From Lingula anatina (Eukaryota; Animalia; Brachiopoda), in assembly GCA_051362555.1 (NCBI GenBank), contig CM120648.1, positions 17,542,587 to 17,606,586 on the forward strand: DNA of 64,000 nt. The letters run 5' to 3'. Shown here in pieces: positions 14,201 to 27,300 of this stretch. Made by a program: the position numbers and the translations under genes. Under the pieces are notes generated by a model. The model saw only the letters and a program-made list of their open reading frames with translations. It had not been told where the DNA came from and searched no databases. Each line of letters begins with the position of its first letter. Position 1 is the stretch's first letter.

Positions 14201-17200
14201 CGACACATTTTATCGCCACGCGTTCTAGTTTGATTAGTTTAGAAAATTAAACAGTTACTCTGGCGGCTCTCCGTCATTGCTATGAATCTGACATCGAATT
14301 TAGTCCAAAATATTAGTAAATTCAAAATTATTAGCTAAAACGTAAATTGCGCTAATTTGTCAGATAATCAAAAATGCCGGTGATCCACGCGGAGGGTACG
14401 CTTTCCTGAAGGTAGCGGCGACGAACGGCGACGATATTTTTCTGAATAGTGAACCTTTATTAGTTACGAAAAGCCCCCTTTTCAACAGGCGCGTTTTATT
14501 AATTACTTCATGTCACAAAGTTAGTTTATACAGGCAAAACTTTATTCAAGGAAATAGTTTCACGAAATGAACGAGAGTAAAATATAAGTCGGCACAAATA
14601 TAAGGCATACAACAATGAGTCATGTTATGGATCATGTTATGGGCCATGTCGGATTATAATGGCATACCTTGATGCAAAACACGCGAGCCAGTTACTTATA
14701 GTAACTTATAGTAACTTATAGTAACTGGCTCGCGCTGCCAGTAATTACGCGGCGGGATATTCAGTGCACAGACCGTGATCATAAGACATGCCGCAAATAG
14801 AAAATAGAATTTAGAAAATAGACATTGCATGTGAACGAAGCCTTAGTGTTGCTAACAAACTGCTAGTTAAATTTGTTATCAGTTATTTCATCCTATATGA
14901 AATTTCCGCAGTCAAAAATTGAACTAATTATTGTTTGTTTGGTTGAAATGCATGAGCTTCAGCATCAATCTGTCTCAAAAAATTCCTATTGCATTAATTT
15001 ATAAATGTATAATTTATTTATGTACTTACGTTTTAATTTGAAATATCTGCATTCAAGCGTTCAAGTATTTATAAAACATGAATGATAATGAAAGAGGAAT
15101 AAGGAAATAACATATTACTTATATTATGCTTATATTATAATATTGAAATTAAATGAGGTGCATTGACATAGGCGCAATGACAATCCAACTACAACGTGCA
15201 ACAGGGGGAAGTCTGGCTGTATGATCATACAATATACGAAAGTACGGTCAATTAAAAGTGTAAATCATCAGTTAAATAGGAGGGGGTCTTACTATGGTCG
15301 CTATCTATTGTTAAACCCGACTGTTATTGTCTCTCGAACAAGCTTAAAGCATGCCTATACAATTACTGTGTCTCCGGCTGCCGTTCAGAAACACCATGTC
15401 GAACGTATTTTGCTACAGTGAGAAACATGGTACACTAGCGACTTGTTTTAGATCACTCAAGAAAGGATGCATACGTGCGACACCAGAGGAAAAACAATCA
15501 AGTATGCGTCTGATCCATTAATAGTAATTGCACAGTGCATGTTACTAGACCTTTGTCCTAACTCAGTAGTTAGGAATAGGATGTTTGGATAAAAAGCTTC
15601 TATTCAACTCGCTTAGACCTAGGGCGTGATGCTATCATCCGATGAAACACGTAACTGCACCCTCTACCTGAACCTGAAGTCCCTTTATCTGAAACAAAAA
15701 CTGCCCCTTGAACATGTCCATTTTTTAATCGTCAAATGATTTGTGATTTCATTGAACGTCTTTGATCGAAAGCTTTCAAGTGACAATAACCGAACCATGT
15801 GTTGATTATTTATTAAAGCGAAATTAAGTTTATTCAACATGATCTATTTTGTAAACGATACTTGCCAAGATTGAGCTTGGATTGATCACCGTCACTATTT
15901 AGCTACTCGCCTATAATGCGTGCTGAACGACAGACAACTTAAAAATATTATCTGTGTAACTGTGCAAATGCAAATGTTAAAATATAACAAAGCCGGCATC
16001 TAATCCATCGAACATATTTATATTTGTTCTTTTTAAACCAGTGTAAGGGTAACGCCAAATCAAAGAAAGCCTTGCAGACTGGTTTTGTTTAAACTGTCGT
16101 GCATCAAGTAAAGCTAAGTAAAGCCTGTTTCTACTTCGCAGTGTGCATCCCAGCCATAAAACTGCATGAAGGATAACAAGACTCCGTAGACCTGTGCTTC
16201 AGGTTTCCAGGAGTCCCGTGTAACACAATAATATCGAAGGCCTGAGAGTAATACATATATGAGGCCGTGTATGAAAGATTTAACAAATTAGAAATTCAAG
16301 AATTTAAACATGCTAGGTACATGCACATCACTTAATAAGTCATTTCACAAAAATCGCATCTAATTGTTTAGATTAACCTTTACTTTTATCGATCTCATCC
16401 CATTGTCTCAACCACCTAAAAGAAATATAGAGAACATGAGGAAAAGTAACACGTTTACATGCAGGCGAAGGAGTTATACTTCAATATTAATCGCGAACAA
16501 TATCAACAGCGACTAAAGACCGTTGCCTGTCTTTCACACTTTTACACAAACACACGAAGGTTTAATAAAGGGAGTCGCGGCGCGATATCTACAGGTATCT
16601 CTTTCATTCGAACAAGCAAAGGGCTGACCCGAAGTAAGCTTTCTATACTAATGTCCTTTTTATTGTGTATTGTAATTACTCTACTTGCTCGCCTCCATTG
16701 TCTTGTAAAAGTGACAAAGAATGTGTTGTATTCACACACGAGATGAAAGAACTCCTTTACCTTAAGTTGCATAATGTCTTTCTCAAGGTTATAATCAGTG
16801 TGAAGAGGGTGTCTCGCCTCATTTAAAAAGGGTGTTGTTCTTCATACTGGTTGTTGCTTAACTTATGCTAATCTTAAACTTTTATGTACCAATATGGTTT
16901 TAATAAATCGCTAAAATTATTAATTTAATGAACATTGTGTATCAAACGTTTTGATACGATTTAAATAAATGGACGAGGAGGATTACGGTATTAGGTTCTA
17001 TTTACCTCTGGCTTTAACTTCGCCCTGCTATATAAATGAACAAATGTTGCAGATCGTAACAAAAAACTTTCTTATAGTGTTTTATGACATATATGATTTA
17101 CACATTTGATAGTGAAACATTCCTCGACTTTAACGAATCACCTGACGTAAACTGTCTACCCGCACTCCCCGAAAAAAACTGTTTCTTTTAATTTTGAAAT

Positions 17201-18309
17201 GAATTGCTTTTAAGGCAAAGAAGTCCATTAAACCCTTTTGTCTCAATATCATTGTACAGCATGTTGTAATCGATATTTAAAAAAGTTAATTTTTGTACTC
17301 CGCTTTCATCGAGGATACCTCAAGTTGAGGTTACAATTACGTCGCTCGCCTATGCTACTGGAATATATATTTAAGGACAAATTAAGCTTTGTAAAGTCCC
17401 TATTGTCACACACCATAGATACTTTATTTTGTCTTGAATGAAAAAATAGCCTCAAATTATCGTTTTGTGCTTAAACCTTTCATTACTTGAACCAAGATCT
17501 GTACTATAGCTACCAAGACGTACATGCATCAAGTTGGGTCTGCTGGGGGAGGGGAGCATTTAAATGATAAACGAGGAAGTCTACCTGCAAAAGCAGCAGC
17601 AGTGGTTTAAATAATCGCTATCTAGACCCCTTTTTCTTTGACAGCAACATAAAAAGTGTTTAGGGAGAAAGTCACACAAAGACCCGACGTTGTTTTGTCT
17701 TCAGCATTTCCTCTTCCTTGTTATCTGCAATTACTATCGTCAATTAATGAAATCGAGAAAGCAATTAAGTGACGGCACATTGAATATAGTCACTAGGTGC
17801 ATTTCGCTGAGTGTTTACAAGATCTAGCGACACATTTTATCGCCACGCGTTCTAGTTTGATTAGTTTAGAAAATTAAACAGTTACTCTGGCGGCTCTCCG
17901 TCATTGCTATGAATCTGACATCGAATTTAGTCCAAAATATTAGTAAATTCAGAATTATTAGCTAAAACGTAAATTGCCCTAATTTGTCAGATAATCAAAA
18001 ATGCCGGTGATCCACGCGGAGGGTACGCTTTCCTGAAGGTAGCGGCGACGAACGGCGACGATATTTTTCTGAATAGTGAACCTTTATTAGTTACGAAAAG
18101 CCCCCTTTTCAACAGGCGCGTTTTATTAATTACTTCATGTCATAAAGTTAATTTATACAGGCAAAACTTTATTTTAAGGAAATAGTTTCACGAAATGAAC
18201 GAGAGTAAAATATTAGTCGGCACAAATATAAGGCATACAACAATGAGTCATGTTATGGATCATGTTATGGGCCATGTCGGATTATAATGGCATACCTTGA
18301 TGCAAAACA
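11206..18309 (+). repeat. Recent ~3.5-kb tandem segmental duplication (copy 1 11206-14681, copy 2 14843-18309)
   Basis: Both copies start ttagtgttgctaacaaactgctag and end ggcataccttgatgcaaaaca, differing only by scattered SNPs and indels. Duplicated ORFs appear in the track (12829/16459, 11584/15221). Confidence 0.95.
14682..14842. mobile_element. Junction insert: short palindrome plus the right end of a Harbinger-like element
   Basis: cgcgagccagttact...agtaactggctcgcg palindrome around ttatagtaac repeats, followed by gcacagaccgtgatcataag...atgtgaacgaagcc, which is also present at 58508-58594. Confidence 0.65.
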
Positions 18310-19386
18310 GTCTATCGTTTCTTCCACCGCGAGTCCCTTTATTTAATGTAATGTATTACTCATTACCCGTTTCATTTGACACTCTCTCTTTTTATCTCCC
18401 TTCCCCTTTCTCTTGTTAGAAGGAGGGTACATAATTAAGCACTCAAAATCTGCACCACCAATCTTCAGAAAAACAGAAGTCAACGAACCAGTGGGCTGAT
18501 CCACAACATCTGACACAGCAGAATGAATCAAATAACAGCTAGCACAAATTTATATGCAGTTAGCTATAGTGTCACTACATACATAATCAGCTGCACGCGC
18601 GAAGCTGTTGAACAAAAGGATAGTTCGCTACGGGAGACCGTTTGTTTACATAAGTACTCTAAGGGGGCGTGGCTACCCAGGCGACCAAGGGATTAGGCTA
18701 GTTACTATATGCCGTCAACAATCGTTTAGCGACCCTATCATTATACACTCTCTCTATTGTATTTTCCACCGCATTAATCGCAGTGTAATCTTCAAATGGT
18801 CCACGGGGTAAATGTACACATTCTTAATCCGAGTACGGTACCATCCACGTATTGCTGGGCAGTGATGCGACGAACGTTACTCGGAATAGTTAATATAGGC
18901 ATAGCTAAGACGATCATTTTTGTCTTGGTGAAACTGGCGTATGCAGGGGGAGTTAACCTGGCGCACGGATGCCAGGCGTTGCGTATTACGACAGTCGTAC
19001 CCGAGTAAATTTATGCCCTATTGCTGCAACCTGGAATTTGTACCCTACATTAAACGGTTTCCAAAAGAGAATTGTGTACTAGATAAAGTGCGAGTTGCAG
19101 AGCTTAACGCAAAAAAAAAAAAAAAAAAAATTGAACTCTGTACTATCTGTAATACCATAAGGTCCGTGCAGACATCAACAGGTCTTGCCATGCACTGTAG
19201 ATCCGTGCATTCGTGCGCGTCATCATTCGGAATAGAGCACAACGCGACCTACTGTTACCCCTCGGACCATCTAGAATACATGTCAATGCATGGCGTAAAC
19301 TTCGGTTACTAGTATTGAGTGTCGTATACTTCTCTCTTTGTCAAGTGGTTCTGTAAAACTCGTCTTATTATGTCTTTGCCTCATAG

Positions 19387-21465
19387 ATGCCACAAGTGGA
19401 GCCACACTGGGGATACTAACAGCGAGACCCAGACACGAGAGATACGCCACTGAAAACACCAGAGTTCAGACTTTTGCTAACTGGCCGCCATCTCGTATCC
19501 CGCGTCCTGAAGAACTCGCCAGGGCCGGGTTCTTTTACGCCGGTAACTCCACTTTATTTTTGACTAACATATATTAATTATGTAAGTAATTACTGTATAT
19601 AAGCTCATATAATATTTGGTTTTGTCAAATTTATAAGAAACAATACTCCCCCCCCTCAATGTAATAGGTGTGCCATTGGCTACAATGCCAAAATTTAAAG
19701 CAAACACCAGCACCCCATATATCATATCAAAGGCACACTATACATAGTATGTAAAGGTGACAGTGAATTTCAGAGTGCATTCCACAGCTCTCACGGCCTG
19801 TTTAATAATAAACTGGTCATTTGTGAATAGAAATGGACAAGTGTCCTATCTTGTAATATTGATTAGAGGAGTAACAGGGTCCATTCAATATATGGTTACG
19901 GCCTATTTTTATTTTATTATTATTATTATTTTTTTTTAATATTCGTTAACAAAAGGTTTTGGTGACAACGTGAAGTGCTTCTTCTGTAACGGAGGGCTGA
20001 AGAATTGGGAACCACAAGACGACCCTTGGACTGAGCATGCGCGTTGGTTCCCACTCTGTGGTTTTGTACGCCAGTGCAAGGGGGATGAGTTTATTCAAAT
20101 GATTAAGAAACAGAATTCGCCAAACAACCCGGTAAGCATATATTTAAAATCATTCAGATTTACTAACGGTTAAGGCTAGATGGCTTTTAAATAATTGCTG
20201 TAACTTGGATCATTAGACGATGTTTGAATTTCATTTCAATAACGCCTTAATTGTTAATCAAGGTATATTCTACTTGTTGAACGATAAAAAATGACAAATT
20301 ATCTTTTGTGTGTATATTTGCACACCGTGTCGGCAAGTGCCATATGCATTAACTGTGTTTTTCATATTGATTTGATATTGGTTTGTTCAATTACGCCTCC
20401 CCAGGCTCAAGCACAAGCACAAAGACCACAAGGTTAGTCATCATTTACCCGGTGCATATGCTTGGCTAGATTTCTTTAATTTTGAAGCAACTCAACTTGA
20501 TAGATAGGCAGTAACAATGCAAATAAACCATCCGGTTTAACAGTACAGATATCCAATTATTTTTATTGTTCTTCAAAGAATAAGCAAAACTTGTAAATAT
20601 ATTTGAGGTAAAAGAACAAACCCTTGGTGTTCTTATTTGTGATTGGACCTCACCAAAGATTCAAGAACTTCTAGCAAAACATCACCTTTTGCTTATAAAG
20701 AAATAGTTGACCTTGATTTTTGTCTCATCACGTGACCAGAACCCCGTTTGCATGCAGGTGTGCCAGGCAGTTACCACGTAGAGGCGAGGGAGATCAAAGC
20801 CCGCCTGGACACCCCGAGAGTGCGGGCGGTCTTAGATATGGGTTTCAGTCGAAATACAGTGCGTCAGGCAATTGAACACAGATTGCAGGGTACTGGAGAC
20901 GATTTCCCCAGTGCACAGAGTTTACTAGATGCCGTTTTGAATATTGAGGACGAAATGAACCGGCAGATGACAGTTAGATCCCAAGAGGCGCCTGGTCAGC
21001 AGCCACTACGTGAAGCCCTGGCTGAAGCACCAGCACCTAGGGCAATTCAGAACACCTTTCCGGCAAAAAATACGGGTACATGATTGAGTTATTTGATGAC
21101 ATTGCATTATTCTACCAGAAGGAAGAACATTACAACCTACCAGTAAATGGTATTTTAGCATTTAAATTATTTAAGGTGCATTTAAATCTTGTCACTTCCG
21201 TAATACGTCATCGTAATGCATTTAGATATCACCCGTCTGGTTCTGAATAAGCTGTACTTATTTGATTCTAGAAACAAAGTCCTTGCTTGACGAGAACAAG
21301 AGGCTGAAACAAGAGCGCACCTGTAGAATCTGTATGGAGGAAGAAATAAGCGTGATATTTCTGCCCTGCGGCCATTTTGCCACTTGTGTCCAGTGCACTA
21401 CGATTGAAAAGTGTCCGGTCTGCGGAGCAGTAATTATGGGCACAATTAGAGTTCCAACAAACTAA
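19387..21465 (+). CDS. IAP paralogue 2, BIR-UBA-RING (5' exons not located); exons 19387-19542, 19956-20131, 20405-20432, 20758-21075, 21272-21465
   Basis: All exons have AG/GT boundaries and compatible phases (1,0,1,1). BIR: RVQTFANWP..ELARAGFFYAG|[37 protein letters not shown]-like: VRAVLDMGFSRNTVRQAI..LLDAVL. RING: CRICMEEEISVIFLPCGHFATCVQC..CPVC, stop at 21463-21465. AATAAA at ~21618. Confidence 0.9.
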
Positions 21466-21622
21466 GCTACATCCAGGGCAAGGTTAAGCATTATGGAAGG
21501 CAAACGGCAAGATATAAAGACAACTTCGTCACATTAATATTAACACTGTTATTGGAAATACCATTATGTTATTAGCACTGTTATATACATGTGTTATTAT
21601 CATAATATTCTGCATACAATAA

Positions 21623-21707
21623 AGCCTAGATTACATTTACACGGGTGCCGTGCTATGAATTTTTTTAATACTTTATTTTATTTTATTTTATTTTATTTTA
21701 TTTTATT

Positions 21708-21750
<43 letters not shown>

Positions 21751-21940
21751 TTTTTTGTGAAATCGTAAGGAGCTATGTCTACATAACATGGCCTTAAATA
21801 TGTGCGATTTCGTGCGATTTAAAAAAAAAAAAAACATTGCACAGCCATCGTCTACCTCCGCTGAGACGCCGTACGAAAAGGGTATTACGGGCAGTATACG
21901 TGCACCGCACGGGCATTGCATTTCAAATGTAATCTAGGCT
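21623..21940. mobile_element. Small TIR element in the IAP 2 3' region
   Basis: TIR agcctagattacattt / aaatgtaatctaggct; TAA on the left flank only. Confidence 0.7.
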
Positions 21941-23366
21941 TGTTGCTATGGCGAGTTAAAATTTTGCCTGACATATATCGTTTTTCGTTTTTCTTCACTG
22001 TCTGGAGGGATTTATTTTACATTATATGGAACTGAAATCTATAGTGCTTTTGTTCAAAATGGAGTATGTTGTGAACTATACATACAGTCGTGTTTTGAAT
22101 TTGGTGTAAAACACCGATCTAGTAGTTATTGGTTATCTATATTCATTCAGACAGTTATTGGTATATTAATACTGCATGTTATCTTTTGCACCGATAATGA
22201 CAGGAAACTGATGAAATATACATTCGGCTATTTCACAATCAGACGTACACTTTCAAAATTGAGCATGTTACATTGCCTCTAAGTATTATCAAAACCAATC
22301 TAGTGCCCACTTTTTGTCCAATCTGGAAGAAGGCACTTAGTCGGAGCAATCAATTTTTTTTTTTTTAATTGGACTTAGATTGGCAAAAATATACTAAGTT
22401 GAATACCCTAAATACAGCCGTTTTTAGTTGTTACGAAGGGTCACTGCAGTTGTGTAATAATTTCAGGTAGTGGATATGTAATTTGGTATTAATTTATTGC
22501 ATTAAGTTTGACTAAAGATATCAGTTGTGAGGTATAATGTTGTTTGAAAATCAGTTGGGCATAATATAGTGTAACATATGAGACAAAAGCCATTGAATGT
22601 TAAAAGGGAGCTGTGTTACGGATTTTTCTGTTTTTAACATAGTTGATTTCAAGGAGCCCCTGAAAGGAAATATTATGCTTGACAATAACTTTTCTTCAGT
22701 AAAATGTGTTTTTGAAGGTTTTTCAATACATTAAAAAAAGTACTGTGTCCAAATCCATATTTAGTTGAAAATTCCAACAATCCAAAATTGAAATCACATC
22801 TTAACACAACATTTTGTAGCGTCCGTCCCCCCTGCAGTTAATCTTTTTTTTAAAACCACACTCAGGCACTTATGCATTTCACTACCCATGATAAAATAAT
22901 ATACCTAAAAGGCCAGTAGTACGACACACTGTGGATATACCTTTTGATTAGTGGTCAAATGTAGCGTCCGACCCCACCTGTAGCGCCCATCCCCAATTTG
23001 TATTATTCGCTTTTTTAAGGATACACATGCTGAAATGGATTTTAATTAAGTATATTTTGTACATACTCATTATACAGGTAATCTATATAATGTAGGCCAA
23101 GGTTGTCACTGACGCATTGGCGCATTACTTGTAATGAATAAATGGATACATTTAAAACAATGTTATAATATGAAACAATGTTGTTGTTTTTGCTGCTTTG
23201 AAACAACACTTGTGTGCTTCATTGCTATGAGACGAAGTGACATTACTTGGTTATAGTTTGGACTAAAAAGCCACAGTATATTTTATCCAAGGTAATAGGT
23301 TGTAATTTGTGCATTTGAGCTTGGAACAGTGATGGAGCAATATAAATGTTTTTATTGTTGGTGAGG

Positions 23367-24172
23367 ATGGGTAAACTTAGTCAAAGTAGAAAAGAAAACA
23401 ACGAGAAAAACTCAAGAAAGATCCCGAACGTTTGAAAACTGTCAGAGAAAAGGACAGACTTAGAAAGAAAAAAGAAAGAGAAAAGAAGAGACTTTACTTG
23501 ATGAATCACCCAACATTAGTAAAAGCTGAAAGAGGAAAGGAAAGTAATAGAATGAGAAAATATAGAGAGAAAATCCGAGAACAAACAAAGATCAGTGCTT
23601 TATCAGAAGCAGCTAAAGCAAGAGAGAAAAGGAAAAAAAAAAAACTTTCAGCCAAAAGAGAAAGAAACAGAAAGATGAAACTCAGTGAAGAAGCTAAAAA
23701 GAAAGAGGTCTTGAGGGTTAAAGCATGGAGACTAAGGGTTCATTTACAAGATAAAACACCACAAGGTAAAGACTCAAGCCCGTTTTCATCTTCCTCCACT
23801 GAAAAGAGAGCCTTGAAACAAGCAAAGGATGCCCTTCCGAGGTCACCGAGAAGAAAAGCTAAAATTGTAGAAAGGCTAATAAGATCTCCTAGAGTAAACA
23901 GCATATTAGAACAGAAAGGAATTATAGCAAGCAAGGAAACAAGCAGAAAGTTGGAGATGGGGGAGACCCTTATTCAAAGTATGTCAGAGCATATAAAGGA
24001 AATAAAGTATAAAGGTACAGCATCTGCATCTCAAAATATGGCGTATAAAGTGTTTAAATCAGTGATAAACAAGAAAGGAAAACACATGAAACTCAGCAAG
24101 TCAATGGGAATCAGAAGAGGTGTGGGGAAGACGGGCAGTAAATGGTGGACAACAAATACAAGGAAAATAAGA
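23367..24172 (+). mobile_element. Truncated basic N-terminal region of a probable DNA-transposon protein (Sola2-like, tentative)
   Basis: ORF 23432-24307 has a K/R-rich coil then SPFSSSSTEKRALKQAKDALPRSPRRKAKIVERL, resembling transposase-associated N-termini. An upstream ATG at 23367 needs a frameshift. tgtagcgtccg-type subterminal repeats at 22815-22995. No catalytic domain is present, so the family is uncertain. Confidence 0.4.
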
Positions 24173-24332
24173 AATCGGACCACACTACCCATTTTCAAGG
24201 TGTGTGTCAGTACGCATTTCACAGTATCATACCCTGAACAAATTTTGCGTGGTTCTGCAATACTTTCCAACCCCGCTGAGAATCATCACTATCACATCGC
24301 GTACTAGACAAGAGTGGTGTCGCGTCTGATAC
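24173..24332. mobile_element. Internal fragment of the same family as the 7041-7232 MITE, cut by the L1 3' end
   Basis: aaatcggaccacactaccc.ttttcaaggtgtgt is shared with ~7093-7126. It ends in ctgatac, which in the 7041 element continues acaccttgaaaa. Confidence 0.6.
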
Positions 24333-27300
24333 TTTTTTTTTTATTCACAAAAAGACAAACAAAAATACATATGTAGACACACACACTAACACACACACAC
24401 ACACAATAACACACACAAGACATTCATTATACATTAAGTAAACATGAAATATATGTAGATAGCCGGACTACGTACAAAACAGTATATATTACATTATTAC
24501 AAGTGATGCTGCACATAACAAGATACCAACATTTTACATTTCACATAAGAAATTAGCGAAAAAATAAAGTAAATTTATAAGTGGAGAAACTAGTCAAAAA
24601 TAGAATCCCAGGTTCTCCACTCTGTAAGAAAATGGTCTAATTGAAGACTTTTTTTGAGAAACATATTTTTCTAATTCGAATTTTGTTTTGATATATAAGA
24701 GAAAGTAAGGGAAGGTCGGCTGCATTTTTCTTTTAAAACAAGTATATATATATAATTTGGAGACAAGAATAATGTAATTTAGAGGCTTGAAATTTGTTTT
24801 GGATACTCCAAAAAGTATATTTTCATCATAGAGTGTAATTCTTTCATCAGTTTTGTTAGCAATCAAGCGTTCCATTTCAGTCCAAATGTTTCTTATTAGA
24901 TAGCAATTTAAAAATACATGTCGCAAATCTTCCCTCTCCGCTCCACAGATAAAGCATTTCTCTGACACCTCAATACCGCTTCTTTTCAGGTATGACCTAA
25001 CTGGTAAGATTCTAAAAAACATTCTGTATTGGAACCATTGAAGTTTTGTTTCTCGTGTAACATAGAAACAATTCTCGTAAACATACTTCCAAGTGATATT
25101 TATATTTAGATCTAGGTTCCATTTCCTTTCGTGTACCAAGTTTTCAGGAGCTTCACTCATGAGAACTCGATAGAAATCTTTACACCCATTTCGACTCTTT
25201 ATAAGTAGCTGAACCGGCTGAGGAACATAAGGAAATAAATATCTTCAAAAATTTCTTCATTGTTCTTTTCTTTTAGCGTACATTTTAAACTGTTACGTAT
25301 TCCAAAATATTTTAGATCACATACTCTTTGAAATCCAAATTTCCTTTCCAGTTCAGCTTTGGTTAAAAATTTTCCTTCGTTGAAAAGATTGCCAATTATT
25401 CTTATACCCTTATTGTACCATTCTTTGTCCAATATTGATACCCCACCCAATTTTACTTTTCTATTATACCACAGAGGTTCAAGAGCAATATTGCTATTCA
25501 TATCTTCTATACCGTATGTTAAATCTTTCCAGGAGATAATGACATCTTTCCAAAACCTGTTATTGCAATTGCGTAAGAGTATATCTAAATAATCATTTCC
25601 ATAGTCAAATATATTCCAAATAGATTGTGAATCAAAGGTGCTCTGGAGAATAGTGTTATAAACGTTATTTTTAAGTTATAGTCTTCTTATCCATGTACAT
25701 TTTAATGCCGTTATGAATTTACTTAAGTCTGTCATTTTGAGACCACCATATTCATAATCCTTTACTATCTAACCTCTCTTTACCTTATCAATTTTGCTAC
25801 CCCAAATGAATTGGAAAAAAATGGAACTTAGTTTTTTGATGAATACTGGATCTGGATTTGGCAGAGAAATGAAAAGATGGTTCAGCATTGGGATGATAAG
25901 GGTTTTTAAGATAGTAATTCTACCAATAGGGGTAAGTATTCTTCTATTCCAATGCCGAATCATACCCTCTATTTTCGGGATTTGTTTATCAAAGTTTAAA
26001 GTGACCATGTCGTTTAAATTTACCGAGAATTCTATACCTAAGAGATTAAATTGAGTCGAACCCCAATCAAGTTTCCATCTAACGTGGTGAAAAACTTCCC
26101 GACTATATTTTCTTGAGCCAATCCACACTGATTTAGTCTTGCTATTGTTGATATGGAGACCTGAAATTTTTGAGAAATAGTCTAATGTGCGGAAAGATTC
26201 TAAGAAAGAAGACCTATTACCATCTAATATAAGGGTGGTGTCATCAGCATACTGGGTTATTTTAAATTCGGTGTCACCAAGTTTTATTCCGCAAATATCT
26301 TTATTATTCTTTATCATGATTGCGAGAATCTCAGCACAAAGCAGAAAGATATAGGGAGACAAGGGGTCCCCTTGATGACAGCCCCTCGAAATTTTGAAAG
26401 GCTCCGACAAGTGGCCGTTTTGTGTAACAGAGGCCTTGCTATCGTAATTAAGGATATGAAACCACCTTTTTATAGTTTCCCCAAAATTAAAAAAAGTCTC
26501 AAACTTTATCAATAAAGCCCCAATCTACAGAATCAAAGGCTTTTTCAAAATCGATAAGAATGAGTAAAGCAGGAATATTTTTCTTTTCTGCGATATGCAT
26601 TAGATCATAAATTAATCTTGTATTTTCCCCAATATATCTTCCGGCAATAAACCCGGACTGAGAATTAGAAATAATTTTATCAAGATAGAGTTTCATTCTT
26701 TCCGCTATGCAGCCCGAGATCATCTTGTAAATAACATTTAAAAGGGTTATAGGCCTCCAATTTTTTATAAATTTTCTGATTTTATCGGCTTTTGGAATAC
26801 AGGTTATAATCCCAAGATTTTGACTCGCCATCATTTTCTCATTGATGAAAATTTCATTAACTGCTCTAATTATAAAACTATGTAAATCATTCCAAAAAAA
26901 TTATAAAACTCTGCAGTAAAGCCATCAGATCCAGGCGATTTGTTATTTTTCATTTTTTCAGCACCCTCAAAAGTTCCTTTGAGGTAATTTCGGTTTGTAA
27001 ATATTCCTTATCAGGCTCGCTTAATTTGGGGACATCTAAATTTGCAAAAAATAATTCTAAGTCTACCTCTTCTAATTGATTAGTTTTTGACGAGTAAAGG
27101 CATTCGTAAAATAACTTTGCTTCATTTAGTATAAGTTTTTGATCAAATATTGTTGTTCCGTCTGGTAGTTCTAAATTCTGAATAGTTTTATTGACATAAT
27201 TTCTGGATTCAAGTGAACAAAAATATTTCGTAGGCTTCTCTCCTTCCTCAATCCATCTGCATTTTGCTTGGACGAGGACTCCTTTTAGTTTTTCTTGTCT

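Noticed and set aside
12829-16772. Duplicated 90-95 aa ORFs on both strands
   Set aside because: No recognisable domain or splice structure; they recur only because of the tandem duplication.
19338-19386. Signal-peptide-like start MSSGSVKLVLLCLCLID on the BIR ORF
   Set aside because: It starts at TTG and corresponds to the intronic polypyrimidine tract before the AG at 19385-19386.
24173-24307. C-terminus of the 291-aa ORF as genuine protein
   Set aside because: Read-through into a MITE fragment (TTLPIFKVC is shared with the 7054-7245 ORF).
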